Position numbers and translations under genes: made by a program. Positions 1 to 10,585 of a DNA stretch of 48,978 nucleotides are shown here, piece by piece. The notes under the pieces were generated by a model that had not been told where the DNA came from, made no database searches, and saw only the letters and a list, made by a program, of their open reading frames with translations. The stretch's first letter is position 1. Every line of letters starts with the position of its first letter. Source of the stretch: a virus (taxonomy: Duplodnaviria; Heunggongvirae; Uroviricota; Caudoviricetes); the IMG/VR virus record IMGVR_UViG_2518285548_000002, positions 64,001 through 112,978 of that record; one strand, given 5' to 3'.

Positions 1-1
1 A

Positions 2-3000
2 GGTACGCGGATAGATAATGGCGCAAGATTGGAAGTCTTAAAGAAGTTGAGTGTGGCGGCAAGGAAAGATACCTTTGGTGGATCAGCGACAGGGGATGTC
101 GTTCAAGCGTTAAGAGATTTCGAGGAGAAGATGCTCATTTCTGATGGAGAGTTAGCCCGCCGTGTTATCGCCCATGAGCTTACAACCCATCATAATGTCC
201 TAGCAAAGCTGAAGGAAAGGAGATACCCAGCGCTTCTGATTAAAGAAATGCGGGCGGTTCGGGAGAACACCAAAGATCAAATCCATAGGCACAATAAGCT
301 TGTCGGCGGTGTTCGTGTAGAGCACCGTTACGAGTCTATACTCCGTCCCAGTGATATTTTATGGCACCCTATTCATGCCCATAGAATTATTGACAAGAAC
401 CCTACTGTAACAGAGTCGGGAATCATTCTTGCCCACAGAGATATTGATACTCTAGTGCATGTAGAGCGAACATTGCCATGGGCGGTGCGGGACATTACTG
501 AGCAGATGCAACTGATTGATACTCTTACACCTGCACAGCGAATCTTCGTTGAGAGTATGTACGTTGAGCGGGATAGACCAACCGCTCATCGAATAGCGGT
601 GGTACGAGGGGTAGTTGATAGAGAGGAAGCTCAGCAAGCGTACCGAGATAGCACTGAATATGGATTTGTTTTCAGAGACTTGCAGGAGTCCAGAAGGGTC
701 AGTAAGTTTGCGGGATGTGTAAGTCAGGAGAAACCACTGGCTAAGAGAGTGCTTACCGAAGCCATAGACGTACTCAGTAAGTATGCTCTTGGGGAGCGTG
801 TAAGTAAGGTTGAAGCCTATATTGAGGAAGAGTTCTATGAGGGTAGGACAGAGCCTAGGAGTCTGCTTCTGCCTAAGGTAGATAGTGGTGCTGAAAGAAC
901 AAGTGCCTTCGACCTTGAAACAGCAGAGATGCCTTCCGCAGACAGGGAGTTTGAGCATGGCTTGTGGTTACTGGAGGATTACCTTGCTGATAAGGAAACA
1001 GTACGACCTACGATTCTGCATACTACGAACACCTATGATAAGAACCATGTTCAGAAGGACATGCACTTAGCTAATAAGCCTTTAGAGTTTGTCAGGGCAC
1101 CTAAGCGAATGAATTTAGAGACTATCCTTCGATCAATTAGGGAGATCGGAAGACCTACGACAATACGTGACCCTTTACTAGATCAGTTAGAGGGCGGCGG
1201 ATGGCTTGGCAATAAAGAGTACCAAGGATACCTCGATGAGGATATGATCGTGGGTGAACTGCTTCAGGATAACCCTGCTGTTATCATGGAAATGATGATC
1301 GAAGCTGTGCAAAATGCTGGGGCACCTGCATACTTGGATAATGACTTTCTTGGCGGGGTGAAGAAGCGTATTGATGCTCTGATAGATAGTGGTATCCTAA
1401 CAGGCTCTAAGGACAGTACGAAATCAGGTATTATTACGCTGAACTTAGAGGGTGTAAAGGAGTCCTTGAATGGCGACTATGCCGATGACCAACTGCAAGC
1501 TTCTAAGACAACCCTAGACGGTGACATTGACGAGAGTCTTACCGTAGCTGAAAAGGGCGTAAAGGAGTCCTACCTAGTAAACGAATACTTCGAGGGAACT
1601 AAGACAAAAGAGACTTTGCACGGAGAGATTACTGAGGTCATTTACGGTGCAGATTATAGTTCACGACCAGCAATCATTCAGATTGAAGATTATCAAGGAC
1701 ATCTACCCACTGACAGAGGACTTTTCCCTGATGACCCTGAGTATATGGGAAGTAAGGGTGAGCGCGGCGGGATTACATCAGAAGAATACGCTATGGGTAG
1801 TAAGTACGAACGCGGCGGGTACACATCAGATGAGTATGCTATGGGTTCTAATGAAAGTCGTGAAGGGGAACTTCATATTGAGTTTGTAATGGGTAGTATA
1901 CCCCGTGATCGCGATCGCACAGGAATCCTTCATGAGGAGTACAATCTAGGAACACCTAACATGCGCAATATGTATCTGAGCGAAGATTACATCTTAGGTA
2001 AGTCATTATCTCGTCAGATGCACCTTAGTGATAAGTATTCTATAGGTACGGCGAAGAACAGGGAGCTGTACATTAACGAGGATTACTCCATCGGAGCATT
2101 AAAACCACAACAAAGTATTATTGACATCGAGCATCCTCTTGCAATACTTCAACTTAGACAGACGTTTCTTAGGGATGAATATTCTATCGGAACAGCTCGG
2201 GATAGGGTTGGTTCTACGAGTGATGAGTACACTCTTGGATCAGCTAACCTAAGACAATTACACATCAACGATGAGTACACCATAGGTACCAGTAAAGCTC
2301 AGCAATCATTCATTGAAGATAGTATGAATGAAGCAGTCAGGGGAGATCGGCACGGAACCGTAAGTGACGACACCCTATTCGCTGTCCCTGGGCAAAGGCT
2401 GTCATTCCTAGATGCATGCGAAGTGTACGCTGATAAAAGCTCTAAGGACTCTGAAATTCAAATTGAAGTTGTAGCAGATAAATTAGTTCATCCCTCCATC
2501 ATCGTCAAAGAAACAGTAGCCACTAAGTTGTCCAAAGGTGCCCACCTCCATGAGGTAGAAAACAACGAAGGGCTGTTCGGGGTGAAAGGTGCTAAGGATA
2601 CGGTTACCAAGTTGTTATTGGAGGGCATCAAAGGTGAGAAGGTAGCAGAGACCATTTCCGAGTACTTGTTTGGTAATAAGCTTCCAAAAAACTCCTTTAA
2701 CTTCGGAGATAAGACCATCTTCGCGGTAAAAGGGTTGAAAGAATCGGTCACGATTGAGGACACCTTAGTGGGCGATAAGAGAGTTAAAGATTCCTACCTA
2801 TATGAAACCTTGTTTGCTACCAAGAACCCTAAAGACTCATGCCTTCATGAGAGCGAAGAAAGTAGTAAAGAGAAGCAAGGGGAGCTTGAGGAAAACCTTG
2901 TTGCAGATAAACCACAATATGGTTACCTTGACTCTTCGTTGCCACTTGGTGGCACCCCAGTTAAGTACGGAACTATCGAAGAGGAGAATTTATTTGCGTA

Positions 3001-4639
3001 TAAAGGCGTTAGAGATACGTTCCTTCATAATACTCTTGCCGCGTTTAAAGGTGTCAGGGATGCAGAATTACCCTTCTCACTCGTTGTAAGCAAGGAATGC
3101 AGAGAAGCAGACATCCAGGATGAGTTGTTTGCTAGAAAGGATGTTAGGGATTCCCACCTTCATGAAACTATTGATGATGTATTAAAGCTCAGAAATGGTT
3201 CAATTGATGAAGGGATGTTATTTGGTGGCAAAGGTCTTAGGTACTTTCAGTTAATCGAGAACATATGCTCTTATAAAGGTATGAGGGGTGCTTATATCGA
3301 GGGTGATCTTACGGGTGGCACGGAAATTCGAGAAGGTCTTATGCACGAAGGGGAGTCGAATGTAGTTAAGTTAAGGAATGCAAGGCTTGACGAAGACATT
3401 ATATTCGCAAGTAAATCAGATCGAAGTGCTCAACTGCATGAAATTGAAGGTAATGTTGTCAAGGAGAGGTACGGAGATGTAGAGGGGGATTTTTATGGTA
3501 TCTCAATACAACGAATAGGCTACGTGGATGATGAGCTAACATACGGAAGAAAGATTCCTGATAGAGGATTCGTTGTGGGTGACGGAGAGATAATCGGTAA
3601 GAAGTTGACAGATGCAGGGTACACAAGTGATGAATACTCACTTGCTACTCATCTGAGCAGAGTTGGTTACGCTGAGAATGACTACTCGTTGGCTCATAAA
3701 GAGGATAGAGAATCTTACGTTGAAAGATCGCTTCCAGTCGGAACAGCTAATGCTAGGTTGTCAGAGATAGTAGACCCTGAATCCTTGGTAGCATCTTTTG
3801 AGGAGCGTTGTGCTCATGTAATTACGGGGTTTATCTTTGCAGAACGTCCTGAAGCACGGGCTGAGTATCTGGAACAACTCTTTGCTTTCCTGCCCGAGAG
3901 AACAGCGCATCTAATGGAGATCTACCATGAAGCGAAGATGGAGCCGCGAGACAGCTTCTTGCAAACTGATGAGCACTTAGCTTTCCGCGATCAGCCTGCT
4001 GAAGGGTATCTACCTATGATGGATACAATGGGGCAAGGGTTGATCTATGACTACTCCAACGACTTGCTCGATCAAGGAATGAACCCTGAAGACTGGGAGG
4101 GGGGGTTCGGAGTTCCCGAAGACTATGACCCTGATGACCCGTTCAACGTATACTACCCTTACTCTAAGGACATGGATGCGTTGGAACTATCTCAGACTGA
4201 TGACTGGATGGAGTTTGGTAGCGGTTCGTGGGAACGTGATAGATTAATAGGCAAGTTCTATTCTAAGAGTGACACACCTATGGTTAGTGGTTGGTATAGA
4301 AACAACTTCCTATCCGATAAATACAAGTTTTCTATCGACTTCAAGGTAGATACAGAGAATGAAGGGGAGGGTGCGGGAATCATCTTTAAGTACTACGATC
4401 AGAACAACTACTGGATGTTCATGGTACACGGAGGAGACCCCGACAATAGCCTTGGTATGAGAGTTCCTATGCAGTTATACAAGGTGGTCGGTGGCAACCC
4501 TACTCCAATTGGTTCCCCCATGCAACCATTTAAGTGGGAGAAAGACAAGTGGTACAAGCTATCGGTGTCGGTCATGGATGGTAGAATCCAAATCTATACT
4601 GATTCAAAACTTCAATACGATTTGACGGGCACCGATTAA
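2..4639 (+). CDS. Very large repeat-rich putative virion protein (5' partial); C-terminal ConA/LamG-like beta-sandwich
   Basis: The frame is open from base 2 (no stop before the TTG at 29), so the gene probably starts outside the window. It has ~15-16 aa repeats (xxEYxxGx; KGxRDxxL) and an aromatic beta-rich C-terminus (YKFSIDFKV...GAGIIFKYYDQNNYWMF). Confidence 0.75.
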   Translation, partial: GTRIDNGARLEVLKKLSVAARKDTFGGSATGDVVQALRDFEEKMLISDGELARRVIAHELTTHHNVLAKLKERRYPALLIKEMRAVRENTKDQIHRHNKLVGGVRVEHRYESILRPSDILWHPIHAHRIIDKNPTVTESGIILAHRDIDTLVHVERTLPWAVRDITEQMQLIDTLTPAQRIFVESMYVERDRPTAHRIAVVRGVVDREEAQQAYRDSTEYGFVFRDLQESRRVSKFAGCVSQEKPLAKRVLTEAIDVLSKYALGERVSKVEAYIEEEFYEGRTEPRSLLLPKVDSGAERTSAFDLETAEMPSADREFEHGLWLLEDYLADKETVRPTILHTTNTYDKNHVQKDMHLANKPLEFVRAPKRMNLETILRSIREIGRPTTIRDPLLDQLEGGGWLGNKEYQGYLDEDMIVGELLQDNPAVIMEMMIEAVQNAGAPAYLDNDFLGGVKKRIDALIDSGILTGSKDSTKSGIITLNLEGVKESLNGDYADDQLQASKTTLDGDIDESLTVAEKGVKESYLVNEYFEGTKTKETLHGEITEVIYGADYSSRPAIIQIEDYQGHLPTDRGLFPDDPEYMGSKGERGGITSEEYAMGSKYERGGYTSDEYAMGSNESREGELHIEFVMGSIPRDRDRTGILHEEYNLGTPNMRNMYLSEDYILGKSLSRQMHLSDKYSIGTAKNRELYINEDYSIGALKPQQSIIDIEHPLAILQLRQTFLRDEYSIGTARDRVGSTSDEYTLGSANLRQLHINDEYTIGTSKAQQSFIEDSMNEAVRGDRHGTVSDDTLFAVPGQRLSFLDACEVYADKSSKDSEIQIEVVADKLVHPSIIVKETVATKLSKGAHLHEVENNEGLFGVKGAKDTVTKLLLEGIKGEKVAETISEYLFGNKLPKNSFNFGDKTIFAVKGLKESVTIEDTLVGDKRVKDSYLYETLFATKNPKDSCLHESEESSKEKQGELEENLVADKPQYGYLDSSLPLGGTPVKYGTIEEENLFAYKGVRDTFLHNTLAAFKGVRDAELPFSLVVSKECREADIQDELFARKDVRDSHLHETIDDVLKLRNGSIDEGMLFGGKGLRYFQLIENICSYKGMRGAYIEGDLTGGTEIREGLMHEGESNVVKLRNARLDEDIIFASKSDRSAQLHEIEGNVVKERYGDVEGDFYGISIQRIGYVDDELTYGRKIPDRGFVVGDGEIIGKKLTDAGYTSDEYSLATHLSRVGYAENDYSLAHKEDRESYVERSLPVGTANARLSEIVDPESLVASFEERCAHVITGFIFAERPEARAEYLEQLFAFLPERTAHLMEIYHEAKMEPRDSFLQTDEHLAFRDQPAEGYLPMMDTMGQGLIYDYSNDLLDQGMNPEDWEGGFGVPEDYDPDDPFNVYYPYSKDMDALELSQTDDWMEFGSGSWERDRLIGKFYSKSDTPMVSGWYRNNFLSDKYKFSIDFKVDTENEGEGAGIIFKYYDQNNYWMFMVHGGDPDNSLGMRVPMQLYKVVGGNPTPIGSPMQPFKWEKDKWYKLSVSVMDGRIQIYTDSKLQYDLTGTD
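1745..3760 (+). repeat. Degenerate ~45-48 nt (15-16 aa) coding tandem repeats
   Basis: Clear 48-nt pair at 1748-1795 and 1796-1843 (GSKGERGGITSEEYAM / GSKYERGGYTSDEYAM). The period continues as HEEYNLGT, SEDYILGK, SDKYSIGT, NEDYSIGA, RDEYSIGT, SDEYTLGS, NDEYTIGT, then KGxRD-type units. The end coordinate is approximate. Confidence 0.75.
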
Positions 4640-4663
4640 CTCGGTGCTCTGTTTTTCGTATAG
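4629..4663 (+). promoter_or_regulatory. Phage promoter motif copy 1 (TTAA 4636-4639, CGTATAG 4657-4663) embedded in a terminator-like hairpin
   Basis: GCACCGA-ttaac-TCGGTGC stem-loop followed by a T-run; the TTAA overlaps the upstream stop codon; 17 nt between TTAA and CGTATAG. Confidence 0.8.
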
Positions 4664-4683
4664 AGAGGGTGAGGGGTGATTTC

Positions 4684-7600
4684 ATGGGACATACGTTTGG
4701 ATTATTTACTAAGTCTCAAAAAGGTGTATTGTTCGCAAACATGCATGCGAAAGTCGCTGAAGACTACGACACAGGGAATCCTAACCATCCCAAACACCTG
4801 CCACAAAGCCCGAACGCCCCTAGGTCGGAAGTAGATCGTTACGGTGCGGAAAACAATCCGATACTTGGAGATCAAGGGTATGGTCAGATCGGAAGGTGGC
4901 AGACGGTTCAGCTTGATGCGCTAGAGAATACGATTGACCAAATCATTGAGCAGTACCTAAGGGACAAGTCGTGGTATGCCAGTGTAAGGTGCCGTGAAGC
5001 ATTATGGAATATGTACCGCAGGATTGAGTGGTGGGTGCAACAACAAATGCCGCCTGACAAGACACAATATCAGAGGGTGTTGCAAATGATTAGGGATTGT
5101 ATCTACAAGATTCTTGAGAACGCCGAGGAGCCAGGGGGAAGTCATCATGGAATATCCCTACCTACGTGCCCTGCCCCCTACTATCACCACTATAGCGGAA
5201 ACTACTTTAACCATTTCGATGCTAGAATTTACGAGATTCCACTGTTCTTAATGAAGAAGGATGTACCGTTTTCCCACAAGTTTCCTGACTTCTTCCGCTA
5301 TGTGTCTACCACGGAAGACCAGGAGTGGGTAACTGTACACTCTGTAGGGAAGAACGAGCAGTCGGGTGCGGAGATGATTTTGAAGCTCGACCTTGGATTA
5401 CTTGAAATTGGTAACTCCTCCAAGATTACGTTTAACTGGCGTGTGAAGCGTTATGGGCAGGTACGGTTCAAGTACCTTGCAAGTGCTAAACGAGGGAACG
5501 GTTTGCTATTTTACATTAACGGTCAGCAGGTTGGTGGGGAGTGGAGCGAAAGTACAGGGTGGAAAGAAGTGGCGTTTACGCTACAGCCAGGACAGATGTA
5601 CAAGTTCGATTGGCTAATTAGAAAAATGCGACCTGAAGTTTGGCAACACAACGGCATTTATATTAAAGACATCGAGGTTGTAGAGATCGTAGACACAAGT
5701 AAACCACCTGTGCCATTAGACTATGATGTTCATGGTGAAGAAACTTACGCAATAGAACCGTGGGTTGTGTACTCCTCAGAGAGCATTGTTCAGGCGCACT
5801 TCAAAGGCTTTGTTATCAATGACAACATCCGTTCCAAGACGCTGACGATGGAATTAGAAAATAACTGTGATGGTGAAATTTCATTCGCTTACAAAACTGG
5901 TATTGACGACTACCCTGAAGACAATATAGATTACGATATTTTCTTCGATGATCTATTCGTGAGCAAGACACAGACGGGATACGGGGAACACGGGAGTATC
6001 GCTGAATCCCAACACGGGTACCCTTGGTTACTTGACGGTAAGCAATCTGAGACAGTGGAAGATGACGCCCAGATCACCTATGAGATCATTGTGGGTAAGA
6101 ACTGTAAGGTTGATTTGACTGGAACCCTAGAAATGTTGTGTCCACCTAGGGAGATCGACCACTACGAGCCTTACAACTTTGGTATAGGTGTCGGGGAGTA
6201 CAGTTGGTCGATGTCAGGAAACCCAACGTGGGTTAATCATGGTGATTGGCTTAGACTTGATGAACCTGAGGAGGGGCGCAGTGTTGCAAGTACCTCTGTT
6301 AATCTTCCAGATGATGGTTGGTTCATATTTAGTTTTGAGCATGAGTTAAGACCAACGGAAAGATTTGAGGTTAGGGTCAACGGAGACCGTGTGCACTATA
6401 GCAAAGGTGATAGAAGTGGGACTGAAATTGAGATTCCATTGAAGGCGGGCTATAGCACAATCAGCTTCTACATTATTGATTCTCAAACTGAGACTCCATT
6501 CACCTACGACTTTAACAGACCGTTTTACTACGGGAAGGGGTCAGAAGGAAAAACCTATACAGTAGAGTCTCCGATGGGGAGTACAGTGGATATCACCCGA
6601 GATTGGAGTGTAACGGATGGTGGGGCGAAAACCACCAATGATGGGGATGAGATAACCTACGATATTACACTTAACCCTCACTCTAGTGTAACTATCAAGG
6701 AGCACATGAGAATCTTTCCTTCTATGGATGACGGGTACGACCCTATTACGGGAGCAAGCCGTGACATTCTTGAGTTTGAGGAACTTTTTAATGAACCCAA
6801 TAGATATAACCCTGCCCTAAGTTTTGAAGGTAACTGGAAGTGGGTTGACATGGCTGTTGAAGCAGGTCACGCGGGTGGGGATGGTGTTATGTTGGCACAA
6901 GGTCATAATCAGACTCATATAGCTAACTTCTCAGCGAGAATGAGGAACCCAGGATATATAACCTGGCAGTACGGTGGGAAATTTGACCCAGGCGAAGCAC
7001 TTGAGCTTCAGGTAGATGGGGTTACTGTTTGGACAGGGAATGTTAACGGTGGAGCGGTAGGAACAAACTGCATGTACCCACTACCACCTGGACGACATGA
7101 TTTCCGTTGGGTTTACAAAGATGGAACGAAGTTCACCCCAGGTAGTAATGGCGGTTCTGGAAGCGAGAGCGGTGCGGGTAATGGCGGTTCTTCTGGTTCC
7201 TCTGGAAGTGACCTTTGGGGAGAGCGGTGCTATCCAAAGGGGGATGCGACCAGTAAATTGGACTACGGGCAGTCAGATGGTGAAATATATTCTGATAGAA
7301 CCTCTGCTTGGAGATGGGGTAGTGGCGGCAACAAGACTTACTACGATGGAAATGGAGTGGCTGTGGGTCACGGTGTTGAATTTGATGGCGGGGTAATAAC
7401 TCGGGATTTCTACGCCCCTTATTTCGGGGAGATCAACTACCTTGAGAAGCTGAAAGTTTACCCTATCAAATACGCCAAGGTGGATGGTCTTCGTAGTATT
7501 GACACTACAAAGATGATGGCAGATGACGGCGAATATAAAACACCTGTCTACCGTGGGAAATATTACGGTCTCCCTGTTACTGACTTATCTCCGCTAAATA

Positions 7601-9375
7601 ACAAAAAACCAAACGATGAAACTGTGGCACCAAAAGAATTGGATTCTAAATATACACGGAAGATATTCGACAAGTTCTATACCACAGGGAAGTTCAAACT
7701 AGACTTCGATTTCTATAGCTACTTGAAGAATAGTGAATATCAGGGTGCTCGGTTGCGTGTATGGTTAGTCAAGGATTCTGATTGGAGTAACCCTATAATT
7801 CTCGACAATATACGCCATAACTATGGGGGTAACTATAAGAAGGATTATCGTTATCTCGGTGATACTGATTGGACTACTGCCAAGCACTTCTCAGTCACCA
7901 AGAACCTGTCTCCTGGGTGGTACTGGATTTGCATTGGTGTCACGGATACCAAACCTGATAGAGACCAAGACCCTCATACAAAACTTAATTGGTATACCGC
8001 TATAAAGAATTTAACTCTCAAGGTAAGTGACCCAAATAGCGTCAACGGGGGGCAACTTGTAGATCGACCTCTTGTTGACTACGAAACATATGTATGGGTT
8101 CGCCTTACAGACCTCACCACAGGTATGGTGGTTTATTCTGATAAGTACTACGGAAATGCGGGCGAGGTCGCGGAGTACATGATAGACCTAAATGGATATG
8201 TGGAACCAGGTCATGCGTACAGTGTTTCGTACACCTTGAGTAAAGGAACTGGCGTTGCTGAGGGAACCTCAGGACTTGACGCGGGAGCATTTACACTAAG
8301 TAAGGGTGGCTTCCAAGAATACTGGGATGCTTACTGCTCCGATGCAAATGGCAACGTGTACCGTGTAGGAGATTCTCCGCACCCTGACACGGGGTGGTGG
8401 AAAGACCCGTTTCCTGACACTGATCTTGATGACGGAGGTAGCTACGCGTGGCTTGATGTAATCAGACTCTACGAAAACCGCTTAGACCCTTGTAGGAATA
8501 CTAGAATTGCTATTGAGGTCTACGAGGAAGGAGATCGAATTGATAGATGGTATGTTACCAGTTTTGATGATGAGCTTGTAGAGATACCCATTAAAAACGA
8601 TTCTGACCAAAAGAGAGACTACAAAGTTGTTGTTAGATTAGATCAAGGATGCCCAGGTGACGGAGCTATGATATGGGGCGGCGAGATGGATATGCACGAT
8701 GAGGAGCCTGTTCCCCCTTCATGGGCTGAGGTAACCCACTTCGAGGTGTGGGATAACAAGCCTATTTGGATGGGCGGGTGTGACGGAAGCAGTATGAGGG
8801 TTCAAGTCCTCAGGGAAGACGGACAATCCGTGTATGACCAGACTTACTACGGAGATGGGTATAGCTCCTTTGGCGTTAGCCAATTGCTCCCTACGCCCTA
8901 TACTAAGTACAAGGTAATCATCACAACAGACCAAAAGGGAACTATCAGCACTTGGACAGGAAAAGAGTACTTCACGACCTTCCGATTGCATGAATTCAAG
9001 GCTTACGAATGGTTTAGGTTTATACCAAAACCGTACAACTCGAAACTTGAGTTTTTCATAGATGGTGACTTGATTCAGACATTTACGACAGAGGGAGGGT
9101 ATTACACCTTCAAATATCCTGTTATGAAAGGTAAACATGTATTCCAGTGGAAGTTCACTACCCACATTGAGACTGGTGAGCGAAGTTGGGAGTTTGCTCA
9201 ACTAGACTGGGTGGAATTGACTAACTGGATATGTGAAGACGTGCATGTTACCCCGTACTGTGAAGGTGGCGGGGGCGACAAGTGCATAGAAGCCCTGATT
9301 AAGTGCTTACTTGAAATATGGAAGAATCGTCCAAAGATGTGCGTGATAGGTAAGCGCATATGGTTATTCACGTAA
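4684..9375 (+). CDS. Large multi-domain putative tail/baseplate protein with several jelly-roll/carbohydrate-binding-like modules
   Basis: RBS GAGGGGTGA before the ATG at 4684. Repeated F.Y/F.V.G...W...F.W modules and a Gly/Ser linker (GSNGGSGSESGAGNGGSSGSSGS). Lies in the tail-like cluster; function is inferred. Confidence 0.6.
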   Translation: MGHTFGLFTKSQKGVLFANMHAKVAEDYDTGNPNHPKHLPQSPNAPRSEVDRYGAENNPILGDQGYGQIGRWQTVQLDALENTIDQIIEQYLRDKSWYASVRCREALWNMYRRIEWWVQQQMPPDKTQYQRVLQMIRDCIYKILENAEEPGGSHHGISLPTCPAPYYHHYSGNYFNHFDARIYEIPLFLMKKDVPFSHKFPDFFRYVSTTEDQEWVTVHSVGKNEQSGAEMILKLDLGLLEIGNSSKITFNWRVKRYGQVRFKYLASAKRGNGLLFYINGQQVGGEWSESTGWKEVAFTLQPGQMYKFDWLIRKMRPEVWQHNGIYIKDIEVVEIVDTSKPPVPLDYDVHGEETYAIEPWVVYSSESIVQAHFKGFVINDNIRSKTLTMELENNCDGEISFAYKTGIDDYPEDNIDYDIFFDDLFVSKTQTGYGEHGSIAESQHGYPWLLDGKQSETVEDDAQITYEIIVGKNCKVDLTGTLEMLCPPREIDHYEPYNFGIGVGEYSWSMSGNPTWVNHGDWLRLDEPEEGRSVASTSVNLPDDGWFIFSFEHELRPTERFEVRVNGDRVHYSKGDRSGTEIEIPLKAGYSTISFYIIDSQTETPFTYDFNRPFYYGKGSEGKTYTVESPMGSTVDITRDWSVTDGGAKTTNDGDEITYDITLNPHSSVTIKEHMRIFPSMDDGYDPITGASRDILEFEELFNEPNRYNPALSFEGNWKWVDMAVEAGHAGGDGVMLAQGHNQTHIANFSARMRNPGYITWQYGGKFDPGEALELQVDGVTVWTGNVNGGAVGTNCMYPLPPGRHDFRWVYKDGTKFTPGSNGGSGSESGAGNGGSSGSSGSDLWGERCYPKGDATSKLDYGQSDGEIYSDRTSAWRWGSGGNKTYYDGNGVAVGHGVEFDGGVITRDFYAPYFGEINYLEKLKVYPIKYAKVDGLRSIDTTKMMADDGEYKTPVYRGKYYGLPVTDLSPLNNKKPNDETVAPKELDSKYTRKIFDKFYTTGKFKLDFDFYSYLKNSEYQGARLRVWLVKDSDWSNPIILDNIRHNYGGNYKKDYRYLGDTDWTTAKHFSVTKNLSPGWYWICIGVTDTKPDRDQDPHTKLNWYTAIKNLTLKVSDPNSVNGGQLVDRPLVDYETYVWVRLTDLTTGMVVYSDKYYGNAGEVAEYMIDLNGYVEPGHAYSVSYTLSKGTGVAEGTSGLDAGAFTLSKGGFQEYWDAYCSDANGNVYRVGDSPHPDTGWWKDPFPDTDLDDGGSYAWLDVIRLYENRLDPCRNTRIAIEVYEEGDRIDRWYVTSFDDELVEIPIKNDSDQKRDYKVVVRLDQGCPGDGAMIWGGEMDMHDEEPVPPSWAEVTHFEVWDNKPIWMGGCDGSSMRVQVLREDGQSVYDQTYYGDGYSSFGVSQLLPTPYTKYKVIITTDQKGTISTWTGKEYFTTFRLHEFKAYEWFRFIPKPYNSKLEFFIDGDLIQTFTTEGGYYTFKYPVMKGKHVFQWKFTTHIETGERSWEFAQLDWVELTNWICEDVHVTPYCEGGGGDKCIEALIKCLLEIWKNRPKMCVIGKRIWLFT

Positions 9376-9391
9376 AGAAAGGGGTGTCCGT

Positions 9392-10525
9392 ATGGGAGTT
9401 GCTAGGTTAGTAGAGTCAGGAAGGATTTACGAAGATAACTTCACTAACTCTACCCTTGACCCCAAGTGGGAAGTGCTTCTCAACGACCCTACCCGATATG
9501 AAGTAAGTGGGGGCAACCTTGTTCTCAAACATGGTGCCTCTACACTATATATGTTCCTCAAGCCGTTGACGGATGAAAAGCAGTTCGTTATGGATGTGAA
9601 GAACAGCTACAACCCTGATACGGGAGGTTGCTATGGAGGGATTGTCGTTTTCATTGACGAGCACAACTACATGGAGATCGAGGAGTTCTTAGATGCATCA
9701 TTACCTGAACCTTTACTGAAGACGTACCCGTGGATTCGTCTTGTGAGGGATTATAACTACTATACTGCTTACTGGTCGGAAGACGGGTTCACATGGAATA
9801 TCATTGGTTTGGTGGAACTGGGTGGGGCACCAAAGATCGGTTTGTATCTTAGGGGTGATGGAGATCATCCAATGACTGTTGAGTACATCAGAGTCAACAA
9901 AGGAACGAGCGTGACCGTTGATAACCTTACCAAAGGGACTGTAGTTGATTTGATCGACAGCAACGGTGTCGTACTTGAATCAAGGGTTTGTAGGAGCGAG
10001 GAGACATCGGTCTCTTTCGACATGGATAAGTACCCTTACCCATTCCTTGGAAACTTTGGGGTGGGTCTTACTGACGGGAACAGGTACCAAGCAATGGACA
10101 CAGTGAAGCTGTACAAAGGAGACCTCCTCTACTTTGAGGTTACACCTGACCTTTACTACAAGGAGTCTAATCCCGAGACAGACGGTTACTTCGATATTCT
10201 CCTGTACCCGAACACCGACAGGTTCCTGGGTTACCTGACAGCGGGTGGCGCGGCAACACAAGAGGTTCAGATGTTCGCTAAGAATCCCATGATGATGGGC
10301 GACTTCAAGGATGTGACCTTCGCTTTGACCGCGGGAACGAACAAGGTTCAGATCGCTCCTGATGTCGGCGGTGTTCCAGGCTCGTACAGCTACTCGATTA
10401 CAGCGTTCAAGATCGCCCCTGGAGAGTCCTACAAGTTTTGGTTGAGGATGGCGCGGGAGGAGTCACAGGACAGATACACTTCGCAGGTTAAGTTTTCTCT
10501 GAAGATGTACTCGACTTACCTGTGA
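9392..10525 (+). CDS. Putative tail adsorption protein with N-terminal ConA-like (beta-xylosidase C-terminal type) domain
   Basis: FTNSTLDPKWEVL...GGNLVLKH...GGIVVFIDEHNY...WIRLVRDYNYYTAYWSEDG...KIGLYL pattern; tail-module context. Confidence 0.6.
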   Translation: MGVARLVESGRIYEDNFTNSTLDPKWEVLLNDPTRYEVSGGNLVLKHGASTLYMFLKPLTDEKQFVMDVKNSYNPDTGGCYGGIVVFIDEHNYMEIEEFLDASLPEPLLKTYPWIRLVRDYNYYTAYWSEDGFTWNIIGLVELGGAPKIGLYLRGDGDHPMTVEYIRVNKGTSVTVDNLTKGTVVDLIDSNGVVLESRVCRSEETSVSFDMDKYPYPFLGNFGVGLTDGNRYQAMDTVKLYKGDLLYFEVTPDLYYKESNPETDGYFDILLYPNTDRFLGYLTAGGAATQEVQMFAKNPMMMGDFKDVTFALTAGTNKVQIAPDVGGVPGSYSYSITAFKIAPGESYKFWLRMAREESQDRYTSQVKFSLKMYSTYL

Positions 10526-10526
10526 C

Positions 10527-10554
10527 TTAAAATAGTCGAAGTCATGTCGTATAG
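10527..10554 (+). promoter_or_regulatory. Phage promoter motif copy 2
   Basis: TTAA-N17-CGTATAG, intergenic, upstream of RBS GGAGGTGA. Confidence 0.8.
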
Positions 10555-10585
10555 ATAGATTAGGGACAAGATTGGAGGTGATCAA

